Shown here: piece by piece, positions 39,187-50,940 of the stretch
Layout of the letters: every line of letters starts with the position of its first letter
Position numbering within the stretch: position 1 is the stretch's first letter
Source of the DNA: Podarcis vaucheri
Taxonomy: Eukaryota
Direction: 5' to 3' (one strand)
Length of the DNA: 64,000 nucleotides
Assembly (NCBI GenBank): GCA_965113315.1
Contig: OZ220368.1
The notes under the pieces: model-generated
The model's input: only the letters and a program-made list of their open reading frames with translations
Told to the model about the DNA's origin: nothing
Databases searched by the model: none
Made by a program: the position numbers and the translations under genes

Positions 39187-40342
39187 CAATCAATCAATCA
39201 ATCAATCTATTTATTTATTTATTTATTTATTTATTTCCCGCCCATCTGACTGGGTTGCCCCAGCCACTCTGGGTGGCTTCCAGCTTATATAAAAACATAG
39301 TAAAACATTAACCTTAAAAATTGGACCAAACTGCAGGAGGCAGTGGAAGACAGGAGTGCCTGGCGTGCTCTGATCCATGGGGTCACGAAGAGTCGGACAC
39401 GACTAAACAACTAACCCACAACAACAAACCTTAAAAAGCTTCCCTATAGAGGGCTGCCTTCAGATGTCTCCGAAAGATATATTATTACTCATCTCCATGA
39501 CATCTGATTGGAGGGCATTCCACAGGGTGGGCACCACCACCAAGAAGGCCCTCTGCCTGGTTCCCTGTAACTTCACTTCTCACAGTGAGGGAACTGCCAG
39601 AAGGCCCTCGGAACTGGACCTCAGTGCCAAGGCTGAACAATGGGGGTGGAGACGCTCCTTCAGGTATACTATTTAGGGCTTTAAAGGTCAACACCAACAC
39701 TTTGAATTGTGCTTGGAAACGTACTGGGAGCCAGTGCTATATGATCTCGGCAGCTGTTCCCAGTCACCAGTCTAGCTGCCGCATTCTGGATTAGTTGTAG
39801 TTTCTGAGTCACCTTCAAATGTAGCCCCATGTAGAGCGCATTGCAGTAGTCCAAGCAGAAGATAACCAGAGCACGCCCCACTCTGGCAAGACAGTGCGCA
39901 GACAAGTAGGGTCTCAGCCGGCGTACCAGATGGAGCTGGTAGACAGCCGCTCTGGGCACAGAATTAACCTGTAACTCCATGGACAGTTGTGAGTCCAAAA
40001 TGACGCTCAGGCTGCACACCTGGTCCTTCAGGGGCACAGTTGCTCCATTCAGGACCAGCGAGTCCCCCACACCTGCCTGTTCTCTGTACCCTAGAGACAA
40101 AACTTCTGAATTGTTGGGATCCAACCTCAATCTGTTAGCCGCCATCCATCCTTCAATCGCTTCCAGACACTCACACAGGAACATTCATTGTTTTAAGTGG
40201 TTCCGACTGAAATGAGAAGTAGGGCTGACTATCATCTGCCTACTGATGAACACCCACCCCAAACCCTGATGATTTCTCCCAGCGGCTTCATATAGATGTT
40301 GAAGAGCGTGGGGGAGAGGACCGAGCCCTGAGGTACCTGACA
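39187..40342 (-). mobile_element. L2 LINE 3' fragment, interrupted by BovB
   Basis: GS.L.P.LFNIYMKPL...LDYCNALY...NAAARLV motifs, 3' UTR and TAAA/TTGA tail. Confidence 0.92.
39321..39426 (+). mobile_element. BovB/RTE 3' end
   Basis: gacaggagtgcctggcgtgctctgatccatggggtcacgaagagtcggacacgac plus (CAA)n tail; 11-bp TSD aaccttaaaaa. Confidence 0.9.
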
Positions 40343-41615
40343 AGTGAGTGGCTAGAGTAGAGGTGTACTGAATCAAAAGCCCAAAATTCACCAGGTAAGG
40401 AACTGCAGAGGTGGTGGCAGTGTTGACTGACTGCCAGTACCCACAGCAGAGATGGCCAATTGGTGACTCAGATTCGAGCCCTGACAGCACTAACAAATAA
40501 TTCAATCAAGATTGTGGGGGAAGGTTTGCCCCATTTTCATTCCTAAGGAAAAAACATATTTATAAGTTCTAAGAGATAAAGATAACTATTTCATACTTTA
40601 ACATAGCATCTTTTATTGCAATTTTAAAAATGAAATGACCCAGCTAAGCCAATGCACACATGATCCATAACCAGGAAGTTCATACCGTTAGGTGGCTCTG
40701 AATTATATAGAGATCAAATGGAGCAACTACCCATTGGCACAACAGCCTAGTTCTCACAGAGGGCATAAAACTGTCTGGGCTGTACTACTACTTGCACTGA
40801 AAGCGGAGACTTGCATCACTGAAGGCTCTATCATAAGAAATAAAATCCCACCACATAGAATATTGGTCATCAGGGGAAGATTCTCACCTAGTGTTCACAT
40901 TTGCTGGCAAGATTGTTCATGGATTTTTTTTTTTTTTGGGGGGGGTGCTTGTTCTCTTATTTTTGATAGAAAGGAACATTTATATGTTGTGGACTGATAT
41001 CCTCTTTAAGAGCTAGGCCAAAACATAGAGAAGCTCCAAAACTACCAGCAACTGCTGTTCTTAGTAATATCCATTCTGTGCACTGAACAAAATTAGTTCA
41101 TGTTAAAAAAAAAGACTCTTAAGTTACAAGGCATCTAACGAATGGGAGAATGTCTAAGGGGTCCAAACTCCTGACTTTGGATGGGCTTGTATAACATTTT
41201 GGGCAACACTGGAAAGTCCTGATCAGTATCTAGTTCTGAAGGAAACATAATCTGCATAGCAAACTATGAGCTCATTTTTACACCCATTTTGCCTGGACTG
41301 TTTTTTTAAGGAAGATTTCAGTGAAGGGAAGTCTTTGAAGCTCCTGGAGGTAAATAATATCAACCATGGGACCCATTACTTCACACTCTGCCACTTCTTT
41401 TCCTACTGTCTCCTTAGATCAAATTGTCTCCAGTCTGCTCCATATACATTCTGCTACCTCAATCCCTTCATGCTATTCCATGCTCATTTTAGCAAAAATG
41501 TATGTTCCTGTTCTACCCATATGAGCTAATAATGTTGGAAGACACAGGTGGAGTTTGACTAAGGTGAGACCAGATTAATGTCTCTCTCACCCAAGTTGTG
41601 TTTGCTTAAGCGCAT

Positions 41616-41651
<36 letters not shown>

Positions 41652-42052
41652 CTGCTTAGCAAAGCAGGCTCCAATGCTCTCTAGAAGACTGGCGTTTCTT
41701 CAGTTAAAGCATCCCTTAAAGCCATGAAAAGGGGAGGGGGTCATTTCATGTTATTGAAGTGTGTAGGTACTCTGGGGGGTTGCTGTGCAGTAACATTTAT
41801 GCAATCTCTAATCAAACTCTAAATTACATTTCAAGAATCCAATTAAGTTTCCATCAAGTTCATACATACAACATTCTTCCATCAGAGGCAAGGTCATATT
41901 AATTCCAATTCTTAAATAAATGTCAGAAGAAAGCATGCAAATTGTGCCACCCTTCCCCCGCAAAAAGAAAGGTGTAGATGGTTTTGGCAAACATTTTTTC
42001 AAAAAAAAAAAAAACAAATTTGAAACGAGCTATGCATATTAGAGAGTGAGGG

Positions 42053-42903
42053 TGTGACGGACAGCAGAGCCAGCCTAGCAGAGCCGACGTCTGTTGAGCC
42101 AGCCCCCCTCAACTCCCACCAGAGCTACAGAGTCAACTAGCCACAGAGGAGGGTGGAACAGCACTTTGGGGGGAGGAATAAAGGGGGCCGTTTCTGAGGG
42201 AGAGAGTTAGATAGGGCTGGATTTAAGATGAGAGATAGGGTTTGGTTTTGAGAAGGTGCAAAGGTTCAGCTTAGGAAATAGGGTTTGATTGGGAGTGAGA
42301 TAAGGAGAACTGGTTCTGAGTGAAGTGAATCATGCACCCTGAGGAGACGATCCATAGCGAGAGGATAGGGAGACCAGGTTGACAGTCTGGGAAAGGAATA
42401 CGGACAGGAGTGTCCTGGGAGGGCTGAGTCTGAGCCCGGAGAGGGAGATCCTGGGGGCATGAGTAGCCTGGAGAAGAGGAGGTTAAGGGGTGATATGATA
42501 GCCATGTTCAAATATATAAAAGGATGTCACATAGAGGAGGGAGAAAGGTTGTTTTCTGCTGCTCCAGAGAAGCGGACACGGAGCAATGGATCCAAACTAC
42601 AAGAAAGAAGATTCCACCTAAACATTAGGAAGAACTTCCTGACAGTAAGAGCTGTTCGACAGTGGAATTTGCTGCCAAGGAGTGTGGTGGAGTCTCCTAC
42701 TTTGGAGGTCTTTAAGCAGAGGCTTGACAACCATATGTCAGGAGTGCTCTGATGGTGTTTCCTGCTTGGCAGGGGGTTGGACTCGATGGCCCTTGTGGTC
42801 TCTTCCAACTCTATCATTCTATGATTCTATGATTCTAATGGGGGGCAGTTAGCGGGAGTGGATCCGCCGCCTTATTAATGGGTGGTATTAAGTGGTGGCT
42901 ACA
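42053..42903. mobile_element. Probable solo LTR (Gypsy/ERV-like), interrupted by CR1
   Basis: Begins TGTGAC and ends GCTACA; flanked by 5-bp direct repeat gaggg (42048-42052, 42904-42908). Confidence 0.6.
42460..42837 (+). mobile_element. Young CR1 LINE 3' fragment
   Basis: Open ORF2 end SLEKRRLRGDMIAMFKY...RKNFLTVRAVRQWN.LP...FKQRLD; (ATTCTATG)n tail; TSD gggggca. Confidence 0.93.
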
Positions 42904-43261
42904 GAGGGAAACACTACAGGACTGACACTTACTGGAATACAGTTATGAGGAGATCAGTAATGGAGAACAAGATTCTCTAGAAGACAGATCTCTCATCACT
43001 ACTGAACTCTCTTTGCAACAGGCAACAGCTGGATGTAGAGGGCATCATTCATGTGAGGTCCAATAGGCTTGGCCATTGCCCTGAAATGTTTCCTGCAAAC
43101 ATGCAAGGGTTCATCTGCAGACCAAATGAGGTCAAAAGGGTAGAGCATTTGAAAACCATTGCCTTAAAAGCACTTAAGCAATTATGCCATCTGCTGGAAG
43201 GCAGTGGTATAACCACGCAATGCAACTTTAATGTGGTTTAATTAACTCTCATGCACTTTTA

Positions 43262-43950
43262 CCCCTTTTCCCAGAGTGTGGCCACTGTTGCATGCTGACA
43301 GCTTCTAGGAGCCACAGCTGAGAGCTGAATGCAGGGTGGGGACCAAAGGTGGACAAAATATCACAGAAGGAGCATGATGTGTCACCCACCAGAGGTACAA
43401 CCCCTTCCCTAACACTCTGGGAAATGGATTTGACAGGCCAGGTGAGGGTAGCCAATGGGTCTCAAATCCTTGGCGAGTTAAGGATTTCCCTTGCATGCGA
43501 AGATAAGCTCCGGCAGATTGTGCAGATGAGACCAGTAGTGGGTCCCAAAGTCAAGAAGGCAGTTTCTGCACATGCTACAGAGGGAAGTGAGGGACAGATG
43601 GGGCTCATCAATCTGGAAAAGAAGCCCATCTAGGAGAAAGAAAACTCTGACCCTAAGCCTCTGCTGCTTTGAGTGAAGAAAGAGTAAGGAGAAACCCTAC
43701 ACAAATCCAGAGTGGAGTCCCTAAGACAGTTGGGTGGTGCCTTGTATGCCTCCTGTAGCCAAGCTTGCTCTGCTTTCCTTTGAGCTACATCAGCAAGGCT
43801 AAAAGCAGGATCTTATTGTCTGGGCAGCCCAGGACCTCCGTACACAATGCCTGGGCTTGTGCCCCAGGGAGGTCACTTCAGTGCTGCTGTGGACTTCACC
43901 CCCAGAGATGCACTCCATTGTCTCTCGAGACAGATGGATGCCAACAACAA
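43262..43950 (+). mobile_element. Non-autonomous retroposon with (CAA)n tail (RTE-related, inferred)
   Basis: Perfect 12-bp TSD catgcactttta; ends gtctctcgagacagatggatgccaacaacaa; no LINE ORF. Confidence 0.7.
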
Positions 43951-44874
43951 CATGCACTTTTATGCTTTCTCCATGGGAGAATGTATCTGTTTGCAGAGGA
44001 ACAAAACAAAAACTGTCATGGAAGCTTAAATGGCTTTGAGAACTAAAAGAGTATTAACTGGTGATTCGCGAAAAGAGACAGGGAAAAAATGTAATAGGTA
44101 CTCAAGCTCTACTCTTGAGATTAACATGAGTGGGGGGGGGGGTGTTCACTATAAAATAAGAGGAATTCCACCAGGTGTTTGTTCCTGCAAAAATCAAGCT
44201 TTGCTCATGCTAGTGGAACTTTGCTTAAGGTGCCAGGCCTCACTCCCTACCCTGCCACAGCAGCCTGCAAGCAGAGGGCAGCACCACCCAAGACGACCAG
44301 ACAGTCATACTGCAGCTTTATAGGTCAGTCAATGAGGCTGCATCTGAACCCATAAAACTCTTGACCTGAGCCTAACTCTTCAGTCTAAACAACTCATTTA
44401 TGAGGTGCACGTGGAGCTGCTTACAGGATGACTTCCTCCCTTGTCTCACTCTCTCCAGGCCACCAGCAGTGACAACTAGTCGACACTGCTTAGAATGGAA
44501 GGAAGCCTAAAGGTATTTTCAAGAATACCGGAACTAGCACAAAATAGAGTTTAATATTGCTGTGTTTATCCTTCCTGGGACTGCACTGTCTATTCATTAG
44601 AAACTACCAGTGTTGAAAATCTGTAAAAAGCTTTTACAGATTTCTTGATGGACAGGACAGCAAGGATCCATCTGTGCAATGGAAAACTGGGTGCATGCCT
44701 AATTGTTCTGATATAAAGGCCTGGATGTGGTAATTTATGTGCTCGCATCTCCTTGTCCCCACGAGGGACAGTTCTCCTCTTTTCCCCTGGGAAAATTGTT
44801 AATTGTGAAGAGGTCCATAGGAAGAGGGAAAATCTCACCCTCTGCTGCTTAGCCAAAGCCTAATTCTTCCCAAA

Positions 44875-45232
44875 AAAGGTAAAGGTACCCCTGCCCGAAT
44901 GGGCCAGTCTTGACAGACTCTGGGGTTGTGCGCCCATCTCACATTTATTGGCCGGGGGCCAGCGCTGTCCGGAGACACTTCCGGGTCACGTGGCCAGCGT
45001 GACATCGCTGCTCTGGCGAGCCAGAGCCGCACACGGAACGCCGTTTACCTTCCCGCTGGTAAGCGGTACCTATTTATCTACTTGCACCCGGGGGTGCTTT
45101 CGAACTGCTAGGTGGGCAGGCGCTGGGACCGAACAGCGGGAGCGCACCCCGCCGCGGGGATTCGAACCGCCGACCTTTCGATCGGCAAGCCCTAGGCGTT
45201 GAGGCTTTAGCCCACAGCGCCACCCGCGTCCC
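44875..45232 (-). mobile_element. Sauria SINE (young)
   Basis: CpG-rich intact copy; TSD taattcttcccaaa. Confidence 0.93.
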
Positions 45233-45482
45233 GTTAATTCTTCCCGTTAATTCTTCCCAAACAAGCCTATAAAACAGTTTCACTATCATGACTAAATAAT
45301 ATAAATGGATCCCTGCCTCTTCTTCCCACTAAAGAACCACAGGAGATGCAGTTTTTGGAAGAGATTAGAAATGATGGCATCCCTTAAAATGATTATCAAG
45401 ATTTCTTGGAGGGGGGCATTATACCCTCCAAATTTGCAATGGATTCCTCTATACGTTCTGCATTGAACCATAACACACTTAC

Positions 45483-45597
45483 CCTACGGAATGATACCAC
45501 ATAGAATGTATCTCCCCTTCTGTGAATTGCTTCAAACAAATCTTGGTAGTTTTGTGGAGAAGCATAATAAACTTGTAGCTCATTCCCTGAGTTCCTG
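45483..45597 (-). CDS. ATF6: ATF6 exon (exon 14 equivalent)
   Basis: (G)[38 protein letters not shown]; 115 nt, phase 2/0; acceptor tttcag, donor AGG|gtaagt. Confidence 0.97.
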
Positions 45598-45689
45598 CTG
45601 AAATACATGAGAAGAAAATGCTAGAACCAAGAAGAATTGCATGCACAGGACACTATAATGAAGCACAGGACCTTATTTAATAATGCGCT

Positions 45690-46370
45690 TTAAAATTTGT
45701 AGTGGCTTGTTACTAGGCCAGGTTCAAGGTTCTTGTATTAATTTACAAGGTCCTTAACAATTTGGGTCCAGGATATCTTAAGGATCACCTGGTCACTTGT
45801 ATCTCTGCCTGATCACTGAGGTCTTTGAGGGAGTCTCCGCTAGAGCTCAGATGCATGGCTCATAACTACTAGAAGCCAGGTATTCAGGGTCACAGGCTCA
45901 AGCCTGTAGAATTCCCTCCCAATTGAGATTATACAGGCACCTTCCTTCCTGAACTCCAAGCACATGACAAAGACTTTCTTATTGCAGAAGGTGTTTGAAG
46001 GCAGTGTTTCTGTTTGGTTTCATGAATAATTTTTACAGTGGAACCTTGGTTTTTGAATGTAATCCGTTCTGGAAGACTGTTCTACTTCCGAAACACTCCA
46101 AAACCAAAAACTCAATACAGAAGCCTCCATACAATAGGGAAATTCAAAATGGAAGCCGCCTCAGAAGTTTGACTTCCAAGGTGCATTCAAAAACAGAAGT
46201 ATTTACTTCTGGGTTTATGGCGTTCTGGTTCTGAAATGTTTGTCAACGGAGACATTAAAAAACTGAGGTTCCACTGAATTTTTTTTTCCTCTGTATTTTT
46301 TTATTTTTATGCATATCACTTAGAAATGTTAATGATTAAGCAGTATATAAATGCCATAAATAAATAAATA
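45690..46370 (+). mobile_element. Old L2 3' fragment, interrupted by a MITE
   Basis: RFKVLVLIYKVLNNLGPGYLKDHL-like frame; taaataaata tail. Confidence 0.65.
46036..46276. mobile_element. Tc1/mariner (Tigger-like) MITE
   Basis: TIRs cagtggaaccttggttt / aaactgaggttccactg. Confidence 0.8.
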
Positions 46371-46796
46371 CTATCTGAAACACACATGCTCAGTTTTATA
46401 AAATTCACTCCTGCAAATTCATGGTGATAAGACACAATATTAATTTCCTGCAAAAAGGAGTTGGAAAAATTGTGAAGGACTAATCAACTAACAGATAGCT
46501 CCCAATTAGAAGAAGCCTCTCTTAATGATTCTCAGAAGACAATGGATGAAAGCTAAATTCGAGGGGAACTGTCAGTCTTGCCAGCCAGGATGCCTTCAGC
46601 AAAACAACTATGATTTCAAGTTTCAGTGGTCCTTTACAAGTAGGATTTAGTTTGGATTTATTATTTTATTATTATTGCTGCACTGGGGCAAGGGAGACCA
46701 AGGAATTTTCTTCTCTAGGGAAAATGTTGGAACTTGCATCCAATGGAAGAGTAATGCCATCAAAATATTACGATGGAAGATCCCATCTTCACTCAC

Positions 46797-46861
46797 CCAA
46801 CACTGTTGTCTGTGTATGGAAGAGCCATCAGCTCAGAATTCGATTTTTCTCCTGAAGCATT
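46797..46861 (-). CDS. ATF6: ATF6 exon (exon 13 equivalent)
   Basis: NASGEKSNSELMALPYTDNSV(G), resembling human GALEQGSNSQLMAVQYTE; 65 nt, phase 0/2, which correctly bridges the neighbouring exons; acceptor ccaccccag, donor GG|gtgagt. Confidence 0.9.
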
Positions 46862-47200
46862 CTGGGGTGGGGTGGGGTGGAGAGACAGTGTCATTACACA
46901 GAGAGAAATTACTCTTCACTCAACTGAACATGATCTTATTGAGGTGTGCATGCAATGGGCCAATCTATTTTTTAAAAAAACTTCTGTGGAGGTTGTATAT
47001 ATGAACACGGAATCCCAATTAATTTTCTGGCTCATTAAATACTATAAAATCGTCTTCAGTAATCAGGTACATAGATGTAAGAATTATCAGAGTCATAATC
47101 CAACTGAGTCAGAGTACATCTATTGAAATCACTAAACTTACATACACTGATTTCAATGGGACTACTCTGTGTATGACTTAGCTGGATATCACCATAGTTT

Positions 47201-48654
47201 GCTCTTTCTTTTATGCATTTAGACAGCTTTTATACAAACACCCTACAGTATCCATAATATATCCTTTTTCATAGCACTTATTTTATCTATTTTATTTATT
47301 GAATTTATACACCATTCTATACCCGAAGGGCAGTTCACAGAACAAAATCAGAATATAAAAACCACAAAATACATAATGAAAATAAAAACAAGAACCAAAT
47401 AGCCCCCCCAACTTCAAAGGAGCATAGGATGTCAATTAAATCAACCAAAGGCCTGGTTAAAAAGGAACGTTTTTATCTGGCACCTAAAGGTGTATGATGA
47501 AGGTGCCAGGCGAACCTCCCTTGGGAGAGCATTCCACAGACGGGGAGCCACTACAGAGAAGGCCTGTTCTTGTGTTGCCACCCTCCGGACCTCTTGAGGA
47601 GGAGCCACACAAAGAAGGGCCTCAGAAGATGATCTCAGGGTCGGGTAGGTTGATATGGAAAGAGGCAGTCCTTGAGGTATTGTACTCCCGAGCCATTTAA
47701 GGCTTTATAGGTCAAAGGGAGCACTTTGAATTGGGCCTGGAAACTAATCGGTAACCAGTGCAGTCAGACCAGGATCGGTGCAATATGCTCAAACCATCTT
47801 GCTCTGGTGAGCAGCCGGGCCGTTGAATTCTGCACCAGCTGAAGTTTCCAAGCCATCTTCAGAATCAGCCATATGTATAAAGCATTGCAGTAATCCAGCC
47901 TAAAGGTTACCAGAGCATAGACAACAAAAGTTAGGCTATTCCTGTCCAGATAGGGGTGTGGCTGGGCTACCAACTGAAGCTGATGGAAGGCACTCTGGGC
48001 CACTTCCTAGTCCATCTCTCCATGACATTCTAAGCAAACCTTGATTGGCTGCATATCCTGATATTCTACCCATTTGCATCTCAAGTCTTCCTTTATATGA
48101 TGTTATCTGCTGCTCATATGTCAACTCCTACTTGTAGGTTAGTTTGAATATTGTGCCCTCTTAAGATATTTTCCAAAACTATTTTCCACTCTTCTCTTAT
48201 CTGTAACTTGTCCTTGTTCCTCAATTTTGCAGTCACAGTTACTAATTTTGTATATTCTATCAATTTATTCTGCCAGATTTCTTTAGTGGGTATCTCTTTT
48301 TCTTTCCATTTTTTCACATATACTACTCTGCATGGATCATTTCCCAATACTCTCTAGCATATTTACATGACTGCCACATGCGCATCAGGGTTCCTTCTAC
48401 CTCGTGGTACTTCCAGCATAAATTAGATGATTTCCTGTGCATTTTCACCAATTTGCTGGGTTTCAAGTACCACTGGTACATCATCTTTTGTACGTTTTCC
48501 TTAATAAGATAGCAGGCAGAGAAATTCATGGTCCCCCCCCCCCAATTTCTCTCAAGCAGACATTTCTATATTGTAATCAATGTCTATAGCCCATTTAGTC
48601 ACTGTCGCCTTTACCATCTCGTCTTTGGTCTCCCACTCCAATAGCAGTTTTTAA
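47201..48654 (-). mobile_element. L1 3' fragment (ORF2 zinc-knuckle region + 3' UTR) with nested L2
   Basis: CWKY..VEGTL..MWQSC and W..KL.EY motifs; 18-bp TSD tggatatcacca(t/c)agttt (47183-47200, 48655-48672). Confidence 0.8.
47280..48000 (-). mobile_element. L2 3' fragment
   Basis: AQSAFHQLQLV...ALVTFRLDYCNALY...LQLVQN..ARLL; flanking cactt direct repeat. Confidence 0.88.
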
Positions 48655-48859
48655 TGGATATCACCACAGTTTACTTTTAGGAACATTGAAGGTACAACGT
48701 TTTGTGCACAGAAATGTTCATAGGGGTGCTTTACACAACTAATCCTTTACAACAATTAACGCTTAAAACTTTTTTTTTTTTTTGTATCAAATTATTTGGG
48801 CTACAGGGAAACTATAGCATATAATCCAAGCAATCGACATGACACAGAACTTCAGACAT

Positions 48860-49450
48860 CATTCTGACTTAGCCACCGTACTCTTTGCTCTGGTAACTTC
48901 CACACTGGATTATCACAATGCAGTCCACGTGGCGCTGCCCTTGAAGACGACTCAGAAACTTCAACTAGTTGAAAATGCAGCAGCCAGATTACTGGCTGGG
49001 GTTGCCTTTACAACTGTTCTAAAAGAACTGCATTGACTGGCAGTTCGTTTCCAGGACCAATTCAAGATGGTCATGTTAGTGTTCAAGCCCCTAAATAACT
49101 TAAGCCCCAAATATCTGAAAGGCCACCTCCTACCCTACAGAGCCTCCCAGGTATTATGACCAGCAGAGGAGGCCTTCTTGGTAGTTCCATCTCCCTCAGA
49201 GTGGCAGCCCAGGATAGGGCATTCTCTGTAGTAATCCCCCTCCCCATTGAGATGTGTCTGATTTCTTCGCTATGCAGCTTTCAGGGAATGAAGACACGCC
49301 TCTTTACCCTGGCCTTTGGCACCTGAGATGTGTGCTTTCAGGACCCACCCACTTCCTGTGAATGTAATAGGTTTAAATATTTTAAATTATGTATTTTAAA
49401 TAGTGTAATCTGCCCTAAGACCTACTGCTGAAGGGCAGGTAACAAATTTA
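48860..49450 (+). mobile_element. Old L2 3' fragment
   Basis: DLATVLFALVTSTLDYHNA...KLQLVENAAARLL. Confidence 0.8.
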
Positions 49451-49707
49451 ATCATGACTGCTGTATCATCAAATCTGATTACAGGAGTGACAACTGCATC
49501 GTATAAATAAAGCATAAATTAAGCCTAAAATGTTTGAATATAATATCTTTGTTTGGGAAGGCAACTGGAAGAACCAGGGCCCAATCCACTCCTGGGGAGC
49601 TTCCATTCTGTTCCTTAGTCCAGCTCCTGATCCCAATAATTCCTACGTCTTGTTGGCCATCTCAACCACTTTCTTGCACAAGGTAACAAGCAGCAGCATA
49701 AACATAC

Positions 49708-49807
49708 CTGGATGGGCTGAGCTTTTTGCTGCTGACTATTTAACATCCTTGATTTTGTCCTTTCTTCTTCATGTCTATGCACCCAGCCTCGCAGCTCATG
49801 CCTCAAC
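49708..49807 (-). CDS. ATF6: ATF6 exon (exon 12 equivalent)
   Basis: (R)[33 protein letters not shown]; 100 nt, phase 2/0; acceptor ttttacag, donor CAG|gtatgt. Confidence 0.96.
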
Positions 49808-50239
49808 CTGTAAAATGAAATACTACAGTTATCTTTTTATTGAGAAACAAACATATGCTGGAGGGAGGGTCATTATAAACCTCTCTACAACCGATAAAGA
49901 TATTGAAAAGTGAGACAGAAAGCTGTTTGTGACACTGATATAGAGAGTCTCAGTAATGACCTGGGTTAATTTCAATAATTCCAATTCCAATTCACTGACC
50001 ACAGTTGTTTTATGAGTAATTTAGCCATTGGAAAATGTTACACTTTCAATAACACAGGAGCTTCACGCTTTTCCACATCTGCAGTTTTCAGATCTGGGCA
50101 GCTCAGAGAAATAGCCATAAGACAATAACGGAATAAGGAAACATTCTGAAAATTAAAAAACTAATATTGAGTAATAGCAATATTGATTTGAGGTTTGGAT
50201 CTAGATCTGTATCTTTATTGGGGTTACAGAGTTGTCTGT

Positions 50240-50940
50240 CTTCAGAGTGACAGTGTGATTTATCCTTGTGGAAAATACAAAGATGTTTAGGTGTAGAAAG
50301 GGCTGAAAACTCAAACACTCTGCATGCCGAAGTGATTGCCACCAAAGAGAACTTTGAAAGAAAGGATCCTTAGGGGTACAAGACACAGAGGTTTGAATGG
50401 AGGTCTCTGAAGAGCTGTGAGGACTGAGTGTAAATTTCAGGTGGAAAAGCGATGTGCCACTGGTGGGTGTTGACGTACCAAAACCCTTGAGAAAGTGTTT
50501 CACTAACCAGTCCTGGGATAAGGGAGGCCTACCAGTAGCACTCAGAACGGAGGAAATGGATGAGACGTGTCTTTTGAGAGTATTAGGCCTTAAGCCTTTC
50601 GTTAGTCCATGTTGGAGATACTGAAGAATGTCTGGAATCAATATCTTGTGAGGTTGCAGGCCGGATTCTGAGCACCAAGATGTAAAGGCCATCCATGTAG
50701 ATTGGTAAAGACATTTTGTCGAAGGGCATCTGAAGGCTAGGATCGTTGAAACAACTGCGTAGTCTAAACTGTGGCACTTTAGGCTGTGACACTCAAATGC
50801 CAGTCAGTTTCAGCCACTGAGGAGACAGGTATAGTAGTGGAACTTGTCACAGCAATGTTGGAGAGAGAGGTAGAAGGAATAGCGGAGTGATTGACAGGGC
50901 TTCGAACAGTCTAAGAGAGCCATTTCTGTAGAGGGAACTT
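50240..50940 (-). mobile_element. DIRS-type tyrosine-recombinase retrotransposon fragment
   Basis: STKCLYQSTWMAFTSWC...ILQYLQHGLTKGLRPNTLKRHVSSISS...LVKHFLKG matches the N-terminal SAM-like domain of DIRS YR; frameshifted downstream. Confidence 0.8.
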
